From Chloroflexota bacterium (lineage in GTDB: Bacteria > Chloroflexota > Dehalococcoidia > Lucifugimonadales > VXLM01), in contig JAPOPA010000355.1 of NCBI GenBank assembly GCA_026713145.1, positions 1-49,519 on the forward strand: a stretch of DNA of 49,519 bases. The letters are read 5' to 3'. The notes beneath the pieces were generated by a model that was not told the origin of the DNA, made no database searches, and saw nothing but the letters and a program-made list of their open reading frames with translations. The position numbers and the translations under genes are program-made. Within the stretch, counting starts at the first letter, position 1. Every line of letters starts with the position of its first letter. This document shows, one piece after another, positions 25,501 through 34,145 of the stretch.

Positions 25501-26961
25501 CTACCCGAACTGGAATTCGCGGGTCGATACGATCAGTTGAAGCATGTTGACGATGCGCTCGTCGGTCACCGCGCGGTTGCCGTTGAAGATTATGTTGCCA
25601 TCAGCTACCGCCTCGGCGATGAGTTCCTGCCGCGTGTCTTCCTCCACCTCGACCGGCCCGACAAGTTCGAGACACCCGTCGACGAGCTCTTCCGGCGTCA
25701 GCGTGCTGCCGTTCCGACGACCCAGGCGGTCGATGATTGCCCGAATGCCCGGCTTGTCGGGATCGGACACCTCCTCGACGGCGAAGTTCACGCGCTCGTT
25801 CAACGTGCCCCCGTTTATCCAGCCTGACCCCGTCTGCCATCCCTCGACTGTCAGGGGCGCCATGAGCTGCTGTCCCATGAGAGCTGTCGCCCCGGCGTAG
25901 TGGTCTATGCCAGGGTTGGCCTGGCGGTAGGTGCCGATGAGTTTGAGCACGCCTCCCACCAGTTCGGTCGGACTCTTGACCTTGGCGAACCGTGCGTTCT
26001 TGAAGAATTCGGAGTTGAACAGCACCTGCAGCATGTGTGCGATGCTTCCTCCCGACTCGAAGTAGGCCGCCATGAGCGTGTCGATGGCCTCAGGATCCAG
26101 CGGGGGTATCTCGTTCCACGCCGCCACGGGTGGCTCGTCCGCTACGAAAAAGTTGTACAGGTGCCGGGCGATGAACCGAGCCGTCGCGGGCTGGTCGACG
26201 ACCGTGTCTATAACGTCCGTGCCGTCCAACGGCCCGGTCACTCCCAGGAAGGTCTTCTCGCCGTAATCGTGGTCGGCCTCGCGGAAATCGAACCTCGTGG
26301 CCCACTTGCCGTATGGCACCGCCCCGTGCGCGGGCTGCACGAAGCTCCAGCCCGTGAATGCGTAGGCCGAGCTCTTGACGTCTTCCTCGGTGTAGTTCCC
26401 GACGCCCATGGAGAACAGCTCGAGCAGCTCCCGGCCGTAGTTCTCGTTCGGCTCGTCCTTGTGGTTCTCGTTGTTGTCAAGCCAGAACAGCATCGATGGG
26501 TCTCTCGACAGCTCCAGCAGGATCGTGCGGAAGTCGGCCATGCCCACGCGCCGGAACATCTCCAGCTGGCGGCGATTCGTCCTCGGATGGGCCGACTTCG
26601 AAGGCGCGCAGGCGAACACCTGGTGCCAGAAGAGGCCCATCTTCTCCTTCAGCGGCCGCTTCGAGTTGACCATGTGGAATATCCACTTGCCCGGCGACGA
26701 TGCCCCCGGCGCTCCGATGCCGCGATAGTACCGCAGAAGGATATCCTCGTTGTCGTCGGTGGAAGGCTCTTGTGGCAGTGGGCCATGCAGATACGGGTGG
26801 ATGATGTCCGGATCGCCTCGCGAGAAGCGCTCCGGGTGGACCAGATCGTCCACGACGGACTCATAGCCCTGGGTAACCAGCGCTTCCAACTCGTCCCGAG
26901 TCGCGCCCATTCCGGCCCGCCGCATCAAGTGCGCCATCAGGGAGATCTCGGTGGTCGTCAT
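25501..26961 (-). CDS. DUF1800-family protein
   Basis: 486-aa ORF. 'HLMRRAGMGAT..EL' N-terminus, 'FWHQVF', and 'NENYGRELLELFSMGVGNYTE.DV', characteristic of DUF1800. It sits immediately upstream of DUF1501, the usual pairing. Confidence 0.85.
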   Translation of the reverse strand: MTTTEISLMAHLMRRAGMGATRDELEALVTQGYESVVDDLVHPERFSRGDPDIIHPYLHGPLPQEPSTDDNEDILLRYYRGIGAPGASSPGKWIFHMVNSKRPLKEKMGLFWHQVFACAPSKSAHPRTNRRQLEMFRRVGMADFRTILLELSRDPSMLFWLDNNENHKDEPNENYGRELLELFSMGVGNYTEEDVKSSAYAFTGWSFVQPAHGAVPYGKWATRFDFREADHDYGEKTFLGVTGPLDGTDVIDTVVDQPATARFIARHLYNFFVADEPPVAAWNEIPPLDPEAIDTLMAAYFESGGSIAHMLQVLFNSEFFKNARFAKVKSPTELVGGVLKLIGTYRQANPGIDHYAGATALMGQQLMAPLTVEGWQTGSGWINGGTLNERVNFAVEEVSDPDKPGIRAIIDRLGRRNGSTLTPEELVDGCLELVGPVEVEEDTRQELIAEAVADGNIIFNGNRAVTDERIVNMLQLIVSTREFQFG

Positions 26962-27150
26962 GCTCTCCTCCTACAATCACATCGCATTTCGTGACACTAC
27001 GCTGACGATATGCAGGATTGTGGCACATGCGTAGTACAAGGTCAATTCGCAATCGACCAATTTGAGGTACCGCAAATGGCCTATTTCCTTGCCTCCAAAG
27101 ACACCCCTGTCCTACGCAGCAAGAGCCTAACAACAGCCGGACGGCCCGAC

Positions 27151-28632
27151 TTACCGGCAGGCGGCAGGTTGGAACCCGCAAAGCCACTCGACGGCTGAGT
27201 AGCGCAGCCCCTCAAGGAATTCTTCGGTTGAGCCGAATGTCGAAACCCTTTCCGTCTGTCCGAACCGGCTTCTGTGGAACCAGACCTCACCCTTGAGAAT
27301 GTCTGCCGCCAGATTTAGCTCAATTGCCCATTTCTCGTGGTCGGTCAGTTCGTCGTAAAACTTCCGCTTGTCTTCTGGCAGAAAGACCTCCGGACCGGGC
27401 ATCGAGGTAAACGGCGTGCCGGCTATGCCGCGGTCCCACTCGGTGACCAGGCACGAAATGAAGCGCGTATCATGTGGAAGCCCATGGCCGTACCACCGTA
27501 CCTCGAAGGCCTCAAGCATCTTCTCATCGAGGAGTCTGAAGGTGGCCAGCGCCGCGTCGGAGAGCGCGTCTTCCGGTTCGGGCCAGTAGTAGACGAGCTT
27601 CGCAGGGTGCACACCACGATACGGCTTGGGAACGGCACCGTCCGGAGGCTCAGGTCCCCACGCCGGTGGCTGACAAAGCAATATGGCATCCCAATGGTCC
27701 GACTCGCCTGGCCGCAAGCCCTTGGCGAGCGCCTCCCTGCCTCCCGGCTTCTCGTAGGATTCAATATGCCGTTGCAGTCGAGCGGTAGCATTACTGTCCC
27801 AATCTTGGTCAAGTACGAGGTATCCGGCAACCGTCCCTTCCGCATAGTCCCGCATCTCCGGCGCCCGTTCAAGTATGCGAACCGCCGCCTCTGAAAGACC
27901 TAGCTCTTGGATTCCCGGCAGCTCGGTCGGCATATTCATGAGATCCTGCTTCACTCTTTCGACGCTCTCATCGCTCGGGGAGCGCGCTCGACGGGTTTCC
28001 CAAACTAGACTGAAGTACTCCTGCAAAAGAGGGTCGAGAGACTCGAACTTCTTGAATTCGGCGGGCGATAGAGTCTCCTCAAGCGGAGGCAACAGGTGAC
28101 CGTCCTCGGTCAGCGTCTGGTGAACTCCCCGGACCAGCATGTCGAAGAGGCCATACCTGTATTCGAGATCGGCAGGGTCTTTGTCCGCCTGGCGGTTCAT
28201 CGAATACCGGACGGTCGAGTTGGGATAACCCTCCAGCAACAGCTGACGACGGTACGGCTCGTCGATACTGTCCAACAGCGACAGCGATTCCGGATCGAGT
28301 ATCTCCGAGAGGGCAGCCGGATTGTCAGGCATGTCGCGCAGGTACCGCAGGGCACCGTCATTACCTCTCTCCATCGACTCGTCGACCAGCGCATCCTGTA
28401 CCTCCGGCGGCAGCGCCTGGAATCTGGCGACGTCCGCGCGCGAAAGACTGTCCTCGAACGGGACGACCGGCGTCGGGCTGGGCGTCGGCACGGGCGTCGA
28501 GGTCGGGGCAACAGTCGGCGCGACCTGCACGGTGGCCGTCGGCGCAGGACTCGGCGGTGGAGACTCTCCACATGCGGCGAGTGCAACGACTGCTAGGGCG
28601 AACATCATCGGAATGGTCAAACGGATAATCAT
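27151..28632 (-). CDS. Lipoprotein of unknown function (paralogue 1)
   Basis: Signal/lipobox 'MIIRLTIPMMFALAVVALAACGES', a Pro/Thr linker, then a ~430-aa domain with no family I recognise. ATG 28632 sits 8 nt after GGAGG (the track start is GTG 28641). Confidence 0.75.
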   Translation of the reverse strand: MIIRLTIPMMFALAVVALAACGESPPPSPAPTATVQVAPTVAPTSTPVPTPSPTPVVPFEDSLSRADVARFQALPPEVQDALVDESMERGNDGALRYLRDMPDNPAALSEILDPESLSLLDSIDEPYRRQLLLEGYPNSTVRYSMNRQADKDPADLEYRYGLFDMLVRGVHQTLTEDGHLLPPLEETLSPAEFKKFESLDPLLQEYFSLVWETRRARSPSDESVERVKQDLMNMPTELPGIQELGLSEAAVRILERAPEMRDYAEGTVAGYLVLDQDWDSNATARLQRHIESYEKPGGREALAKGLRPGESDHWDAILLCQPPAWGPEPPDGAVPKPYRGVHPAKLVYYWPEPEDALSDAALATFRLLDEKMLEAFEVRWYGHGLPHDTRFISCLVTEWDRGIAGTPFTSMPGPEVFLPEDKRKFYDELTDHEKWAIELNLAADILKGEVWFHRSRFGQTERVSTFGSTEEFLEGLRYSAVEWLCGFQPAACR

Positions 28633-28749
28633 CGTCACCACCTCCTTCTAGCTTGCTAACTCACGCTTTCGGCTCACCCTGTTCAAGATGCTCTTCCGAG
28701 AGAAACCCTGCAGCTAACAGCGTTCGAATTCGGGCTCCATGATTGCCGC

Positions 28750-30240
28750 CTAACTGCCGCTGCAATCGAGTTCTTCAATATGACATGCCCAGCCAGTCAC
28801 CCACTCGTCGGCCCAGAACCGCAGGCCGTCGAGAAACTCTTCCCGAGTTGAGTCCAACGTCGAAACCTTCTCGGTACTTGCAAAGCGCTCTCTCTTGAAT
28901 CTGACCTCGCCCTTGAGAATATATGACACCAAATGTCGCTGGACGACCTCCTTGCCATAATCGCTGAACTGTGCGTACAGTTCGCTCATGTCGGCGGACA
29001 GGAAGACATCCGGGTCGGGCATCGAGGTGAACGGCGTGTCGGCTATGCCCCGGTCCCACCGGGCGATCTCGCACCTCGTAGTGCGCGCGTTCATCGGGAG
29101 CGGCCCGGGCCCGTACCACCAGTATTCGAGGGCCTCACGCATGGTCTCATCCAGAAGGTGGAAGTTTGCCAGCGCCGCGTCGGACAGGGAGTCTTCAGGC
29201 GCGGGCCAGGCATAGACGAGCTGCGCGGGATGCACGCCGCGGAACGGTCGGGGAATGGCGCTGTCCAGTGGTATCGGGCCCCACCCCGACGGCTGACAAG
29301 CTATTGTCGCAAGCCACGGGTCCGAGACGCCCGGTCGCAGACCGCGCGCAAGCGCCTCTCTGCCCCCAGGCGCCTCGTAGGCCTCAATGGTCTGCTGTAA
29401 TCGGGCAGCGTGCTCGTCGTCCCACTCGTTACCATTCACATGGACGGCGGCGACCTTTCCAAGGGCATAGTCTCTCATCTCCGGCTCTCGCTCAAGTACG
29501 TAGGCCGCCTCTTCCGATAGCCCCAGCGCCCGGATCCCGGGCAGCTCGGTAGGCATATTGAGAAGTTTCTGCTCCAACCTATCGGCAGCATCGCTCGGTG
29601 AGGTCGCCCGCCTCGTCTCCCAGACGATACGGAACGAGGCCTGCAGCAGCGGGTCGAGTGACTCAAACCTGCTAAACGCGGCGGGCGAAAGGGCATCTTC
29701 GAGCGGCGGCAACAAGTGGCCGTCCTCCGACAGTGTCCTATGCAAATGGTGGACCATCGACCCGAAGTCGCCATACTCGTACTCGAGGTCGGTAAATTCT
29801 CCCGCCAGCCACTGTTTCCTGAAATGCCGGATGGTCGAGTTGGGGTACCCCTCCAGCAGCAGTTGACGGCGGTTCGGCTCGTCGATAGTGTCCAACAGCG
29901 ACAGCGTTTCAGCACCGAGTATCGCCGAAAGGGGAGCCGGGTCGTCCGGCATGTCGCGCAAATACCGGAGGGCACCATCGTTCCCGCTCTCCAGCGACTC
30001 GTCGACCAGCGCCTCCTGTATCTCTACCGGCAGGTCCTGGAATCTGGCGACATCCGCGCTCGAAAGGCTCTCCTCGAACGGGACGACCGGCGTCGGGCTG
30101 GGCGTCGGCACGGGCGTCGAGGTCTGGGCAACAGTGGGTGTGACAGTCGGCGCAGGACTCGGCGGTGGAGACTCTCCACATGCGGCGAGTGCAACGAATG
30201 CCAGGGCGAACATCATCGGAAGGGTCAAACGGATAATCAT
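28750..30240 (-). CDS. Lipoprotein of unknown function (paralogue 2)
   Basis: Collinear with 27151-28632 over its full length, sharing blocks such as 'LLLEGYPNST', 'DGHLLPPLE', 'PGGREALA.GLRPG' and 'WDRGIA.TPFTSMP'. ATG 30240 sits 8 nt after GGAGG. Confidence 0.75.
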   Translation of the reverse strand: MIIRLTLPMMFALAFVALAACGESPPPSPAPTVTPTVAQTSTPVPTPSPTPVVPFEESLSSADVARFQDLPVEIQEALVDESLESGNDGALRYLRDMPDDPAPLSAILGAETLSLLDTIDEPNRRQLLLEGYPNSTIRHFRKQWLAGEFTDLEYEYGDFGSMVHHLHRTLSEDGHLLPPLEDALSPAAFSRFESLDPLLQASFRIVWETRRATSPSDAADRLEQKLLNMPTELPGIRALGLSEEAAYVLEREPEMRDYALGKVAAVHVNGNEWDDEHAARLQQTIEAYEAPGGREALARGLRPGVSDPWLATIACQPSGWGPIPLDSAIPRPFRGVHPAQLVYAWPAPEDSLSDAALANFHLLDETMREALEYWWYGPGPLPMNARTTRCEIARWDRGIADTPFTSMPDPDVFLSADMSELYAQFSDYGKEVVQRHLVSYILKGEVRFKRERFASTEKVSTLDSTREEFLDGLRFWADEWVTGWACHIEELDCSGS

Positions 30241-30414
30241 CGTCACCGCCTCCTTCTAACTTGCTAACTCACGCTTCCAAGTCCTCTGTATTCATAGTAT
30301 GCCCACTCTCTGTGCTACGCATCACACGATTCGGTGATTTTCAGTGCCTATGGTGGTCGCCCCGAATCGACGGACCCGCCCCATCAACCAGTCACGCGCA
30401 AGCCATGTGGTACC

Positions 30415-32163
30415 ATGATGCCTCGAACTGACGCCTTGCAGCCGGAGGAGAACGTGTCCGAAACGAGCGACCGAGTTACATACGCGAACGTCGAAGGGGC
30501 CGATGAGGTATTCACTGCCGAGTTCCTAGAGTACTTCGTCGCGGCGCACGACAAATTCGTGGGTAGCGTACACGACCTGAGGGCCAAGCGGGCCGAGGTG
30601 CTCCGCCGCGCCCTCGAAGACGGCGTCCTTCCAAAGCACCCGCCCGTCTCGGGTATTAACACCACCGACTGGAGAGTCCCGCCCGTGCCGGAGGACCTGC
30701 GACGGCCCGGCATCGAAATCACCGGCCCGGCATCGGTCACCAACATGTTCATCAACGCGCTCAATCCCGGCCCTGAGGGCGAGCGCGCCGTCGGCGACCT
30801 CGATGACGACGAAGACGCTGCCGGACACCGGCTCGTCGACACCGTTACTGCCGCCCGCAACAGGCTCGGCGCAGTGGAGAGGACGCTGGAACACCGCGAC
30901 GAGGCGAGAGGCCGCCACTACACCATCCAGGACGGCGAGCTGCCGTTCTTCATGCACCGCGAGCGAGGACTGCACCTTGACGAGCCGGAGATGACCATCG
31001 ACGGCAACCCCGTCTCCGCCGCGATACTTGGTACTTCCCTGACCGTGTTCCACGCCGGACGGGCACAGATGGCGCGAGGGCAGGGCCTCTACTTCTACCT
31101 CCCCAAGATGGAGTCCTCAGAGGAAGCCGGCTTCTGGCGCGACTTCTTCGATTTCAGCAAGGAGCACCTTGGCCTGGGCGACGACGACGTGATCCGCGGG
31201 ATACCGCTCGTCGAGTCGCTGCCTGCCGCCTACCAGATGGAGGAGATGCTCCACGCCCTCGGCCCCTACGCCGCGGGACTGAACGCCGCTAGATGGGACT
31301 TCAAGGCCAGCATCTTCGAGTACATCATGGCCGACCCGAAACAGGTCTGGCCCGACCGGTTCGGCGTCGACATCAAGACGACCCCCTTCCTCGCGACGAT
31401 CTTCCGACGCCTCGTCGCCATCTGCCTCAAGCACGGCGCCGTCCCCATCGGTGGCATGGCGACCGCACTCCCCTCACGCGACGACGAGGTGAACGCCGCC
31501 GCCGCCGTCTCAATCACGGCAGACAAGGAGTGGGAGGCCAACCAGGGTTTCCTGCGCGGATGGGTGGCGCACATCTTCCACATGAAGACGGCAGCAGACC
31601 CGTTCAAGAACCTTCGCGCGTCGGGATGGGAGCCGCCCGCCGAGGCGCACGACCCCGAAAACTATCCCGTCCGTATCGACGTGCCCGAGGGCCCGATCAC
31701 CGTGGAGGGCACCCGCCGCAACGTTCGCATGGTCATCGAGTACATCGAAGGATGGCTGAACGGACGCGGCGCAAAGGGCATCGACAGCCTCGCAGGTAAG
31801 CCGGGCGTGCACGGACCCCTGATGGAAGACCTCGCCACCGGACGCATGTCCGCCGCCCAGATCGCCCAGCGCATCATCCACGCCGCCGCAGACACCGAGA
31901 CCGGCGCCATCCATGACTTCGCCCTCGTCAAGCAACTCTTCCTCGACGAGGTGGACGACATCCTCCGCCTCCTGAAAGAGGAGGTCGAGGAGGGCAACGA
32001 AACCCACCAACGCCTCTACGATGCCGCGGACGTTCGATACCGCAAGGCCGGCAAGATCGGCATGCGGTGGGTGAAGAACTACACCGACTTCGACTTCAGG
32101 AGCATGGGCTCGTACAGCCGCGCCGACCTCGAGGAAATCGCCGCCGCCGAGGACGCATTCTAG
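30415..32163 (+). CDS. aceB: Malate synthase (A-type-like)
   Basis: 'EITGP......INALN', 'GLYFYLPKMES..EA.FW', 'ESLPAAYQMEEML', 'GLNAARWDF' and 'GGMA' follow the malate synthase layout. The start is set at ATG 30415 (MMPRTD...) rather than the track's 30334. Confidence 0.8.
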   Translation: MMPRTDALQPEENVSETSDRVTYANVEGADEVFTAEFLEYFVAAHDKFVGSVHDLRAKRAEVLRRALEDGVLPKHPPVSGINTTDWRVPPVPEDLRRPGIEITGPASVTNMFINALNPGPEGERAVGDLDDDEDAAGHRLVDTVTAARNRLGAVERTLEHRDEARGRHYTIQDGELPFFMHRERGLHLDEPEMTIDGNPVSAAILGTSLTVFHAGRAQMARGQGLYFYLPKMESSEEAGFWRDFFDFSKEHLGLGDDDVIRGIPLVESLPAAYQMEEMLHALGPYAAGLNAARWDFKASIFEYIMADPKQVWPDRFGVDIKTTPFLATIFRRLVAICLKHGAVPIGGMATALPSRDDEVNAAAAVSITADKEWEANQGFLRGWVAHIFHMKTAADPFKNLRASGWEPPAEAHDPENYPVRIDVPEGPITVEGTRRNVRMVIEYIEGWLNGRGAKGIDSLAGKPGVHGPLMEDLATGRMSAAQIAQRIIHAAADTETGAIHDFALVKQLFLDEVDDILRLLKEEVEEGNETHQRLYDAADVRYRKAGKIGMRWVKNYTDFDFRSMGSYSRADLEEIAAAEDAF

Positions 32164-32205
32164 GGTCCCCTGTGACTCCCTCTGAACTTGGTGGACGACG
32201 TCGCG

Positions 32206-33291
32206 TCAAGCTCCGAACAGGGTAGCAATGTTGCCGCCGAGAATGGCGTCCATGTCGCCTGAGGGGATGAAGTCGCAGTAATCGCGCAGGTATGCGAGGG
32301 ATTGACGGTAGGTGGCGTGACGCTCGACGTTGGGCAGGTCGGAGCCCCAGCAGAGTCGCTTGGGGCCGAGTCTCTCGTAGTATTCTCGGATGACGTGTTG
32401 CATCTCGCGGTAGGGGTAGTCAAAGACGGCGCCCTGGAAGATGGGGAAGAGGAGCTCAGATATGACGTTGGGGGCGTCGACGGCGTCCCACGCAGCTTCG
32501 GGGATTATTGTAAGGCCGTCTTCCATGAACCTCGCGACGGTGAGGCCATGAGTGAGGACGCAGGGGATGTCAGGGTAGATGTCCAGCCAGCGGTTGAAGG
32601 CCGTGAGTTGGGCAAGATAGGCGTCCTGCCCGCGCACCGCAGTCGTCACGTTCCAGAAGACGGGGATGCCTAACGCCCGGACGCGCTCCCAGAACGGGAA
32701 GAATACGGGATCGTCGACGGGAGTGTTGCGGCGGTGCATCTCGAGCGAGCCGGTGTTGAACCAGAGGGCATGGAGGCCGTACTCGTCGATTGCCATATCG
32801 AGTGAGCGGACCTCGGATGGGTCGTCGATCTTCCATTCATCGACCAGTGCGAGGCCCCAGAACCGGTCGGGGAAACTCCTGACGGCGTCGGCTATGTAGT
32901 CGTTCAGGTGTCCGTAGAGGTGTCCGCTCTGGATCACGGCGCGATCGACGCCGGCGTAGTCCATCTGCGCGATGATGTACTCCGGCGTGGACTCCAGGTC
33001 TCGCATCGAAGGCGGGAGGTACTGCTTGAGGTAGTCGACGCCGTCGGATGTCCATACGAACTTGCCGTGTCCGCCGCTGCGGAAGTCGACGTTGTACATG
33101 GCGTCCAGCGTGACGTCCACGCCGTCGTAGAGCGTCTGATCGGTGACTCTGACGTTGTCAGAGACACGGCGCACAGGCTGGTGGTGGGTCATGATCGTGT
33201 GCTGGACGTAGCGCAGGTGCTCGGCCGCGGACGCGTGCCCGGAGGGGCCTCCCATGGGCGGGAAGACGTGCGCGTGGGAGTCGGCGATCAT
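32206..33291 (-). CDS. Amidohydrolase-2 (ACMSD-like TIM-barrel metal hydrolase) family protein
   Basis: 361-aa ORF. 'IADSHAHVF' (HxH) at the N-terminus and 'WGSDLP' near the C-terminus. Confidence 0.8.
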   Translation of the reverse strand: MIADSHAHVFPPMGGPSGHASAAEHLRYVQHTIMTHHQPVRRVSDNVRVTDQTLYDGVDVTLDAMYNVDFRSGGHGKFVWTSDGVDYLKQYLPPSMRDLESTPEYIIAQMDYAGVDRAVIQSGHLYGHLNDYIADAVRSFPDRFWGLALVDEWKIDDPSEVRSLDMAIDEYGLHALWFNTGSLEMHRRNTPVDDPVFFPFWERVRALGIPVFWNVTTAVRGQDAYLAQLTAFNRWLDIYPDIPCVLTHGLTVARFMEDGLTIIPEAAWDAVDAPNVISELLFPIFQGAVFDYPYREMQHVIREYYERLGPKRLCWGSDLPNVERHATYRQSLAYLRDYCDFIPSGDMDAILGGNIATLFGA

Positions 33292-33347
33292 GGGGATAGT
33301 TTATATGAGGAATGGGGTTGTTGGCAGCGTTGGTATGGAGTCTATGC

Positions 33348-33390
33348 TTGACTATGAGTATGTGTATGTTATATTAATGCATACGCATAC
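33348..33390 (+). promoter_or_regulatory. Sigma70-like promoter (TTGACT-16 nt-TATATT) overlapped by an 11-bp inverted repeat (candidate operator)
   Basis: TTGACT at 33348-33353 and TATATT at 33370-33375. GTATGTGTATG (33358-33368) and CATACGCATAC (33380-33390) are reverse complements at 10 of 11 positions and bracket the -10. The site lies 23 nt upstream of the RHH gene ATG. Confidence 0.45.
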
Positions 33391-33412
33391 ATTTCCTACA
33401 AGGAGTGAAGTC

Positions 33413-34000
33413 ATGAGAATCGGAGTCAATATCCCCAATGACCTTTACCGCAGGATGGAGCCCATTAAGCACACCATTAATGTCTCGCAGCTATGTCGAG
33501 AGGCCCTAGAAGCTCACGTGGAGGACTACGAGCGAGCTCGTGCTCGACTGGAATCCGATGACATAAGCGAAACGACAAATAGATTATTTCGCGAGGAGGA
33601 GCATATGACGGTTGACTGGAAAGAGCTAGGCTGGACCGACGCGAAAGAATGGGTTGAAGCGGTGGACAAAGTGAATTTTGAACACCTATTTCATAGAGTC
33701 GACATTTTGAAGAAGCAGGGGCGCCCAACTTGGATTGTCCCTCCACCTGGAGCCCCGGAAGCCAAAAGGTTCGACCAGAGGGCGTGGGAGCATAGTGAGT
33801 ACTTTGAACACCTTTTCGACCTCAATCAAGAGGGTGATCCACGAGAAGATGCAGAAGAAGAATATGGTCGTGCTTGGCTGGCGTACGTATGTGCCGTCCG
33901 ACGAAAGATCCAGCAACTGAGTGAAGAGCGACTGATGTCAAAGCTCGAATCACCTACTGTCCAGGCAGAACCAGAGGTACCCGAACAACTCATGCCGTGA
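33413..34000 (+). CDS. Ribbon-helix-helix (CopG/Arc-like) N-terminal domain protein with a ~150-aa uncharacterised acidic C-terminal region
   Basis: ATG 33413 sits 7 nt after AGGAG. 'MRIGVNIPNDLYRRMEPIKHTINVSQLCREALEAHV' fits a strand-helix-helix pattern. The gene is visibly AT-richer than its neighbours. Confidence 0.65.
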   Translation: MRIGVNIPNDLYRRMEPIKHTINVSQLCREALEAHVEDYERARARLESDDISETTNRLFREEEHMTVDWKELGWTDAKEWVEAVDKVNFEHLFHRVDILKKQGRPTWIVPPPGAPEAKRFDQRAWEHSEYFEHLFDLNQEGDPREDAEEEYGRAWLAYVCAVRRKIQQLSEERLMSKLESPTVQAEPEVPEQLMP

Positions 34001-34082
34001 CACCTTAGTCTTTGTTGAATCCCCTAGCAATACCGATTCATGCCAACATCGCCGTAGCCTCAATTGCCGACACTTCTGGATT

Positions 34083-34112
34083 CCCGCCTACGCCGGAATG
34101 ACGGTAGGCGGG
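34083..34112. repeat. REP-like hairpin (9-bp stem CCCGCCTAC / GTAGGCGGG, 12-nt loop containing GGAATGAC)
   Basis: Read directly. It lies in the convergent gap between the RHH gene and the amidase gene. The surrounding GGATTCC...CGGAATGACGG resembles the right-hand repeat of the GIY-YIG cassette at 45727-45754. Confidence 0.5.
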
Positions 34113-34145
34113 GTGTAGTACGGTTGCGGCTTGGACATAACGTCT

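Noticed and set aside
25900-26994. 364-aa plus-strand ORF
   Set aside because: It is antisense to the DUF1800 gene.
27151-30246. The 1.6-kb tandem duplication as an IS element or transposon
   Set aside because: There is no transposase or integrase and no terminal inverted repeats. Both copies are intact lipoprotein genes.
33254-33412. 53-codon upstream extension of the RHH ORF
   Set aside because: It would run through the promoter and palindrome and overlap the divergent amidohydrolase start. AGGAG followed by ATG at 33413 gives a canonical RHH N-terminus.
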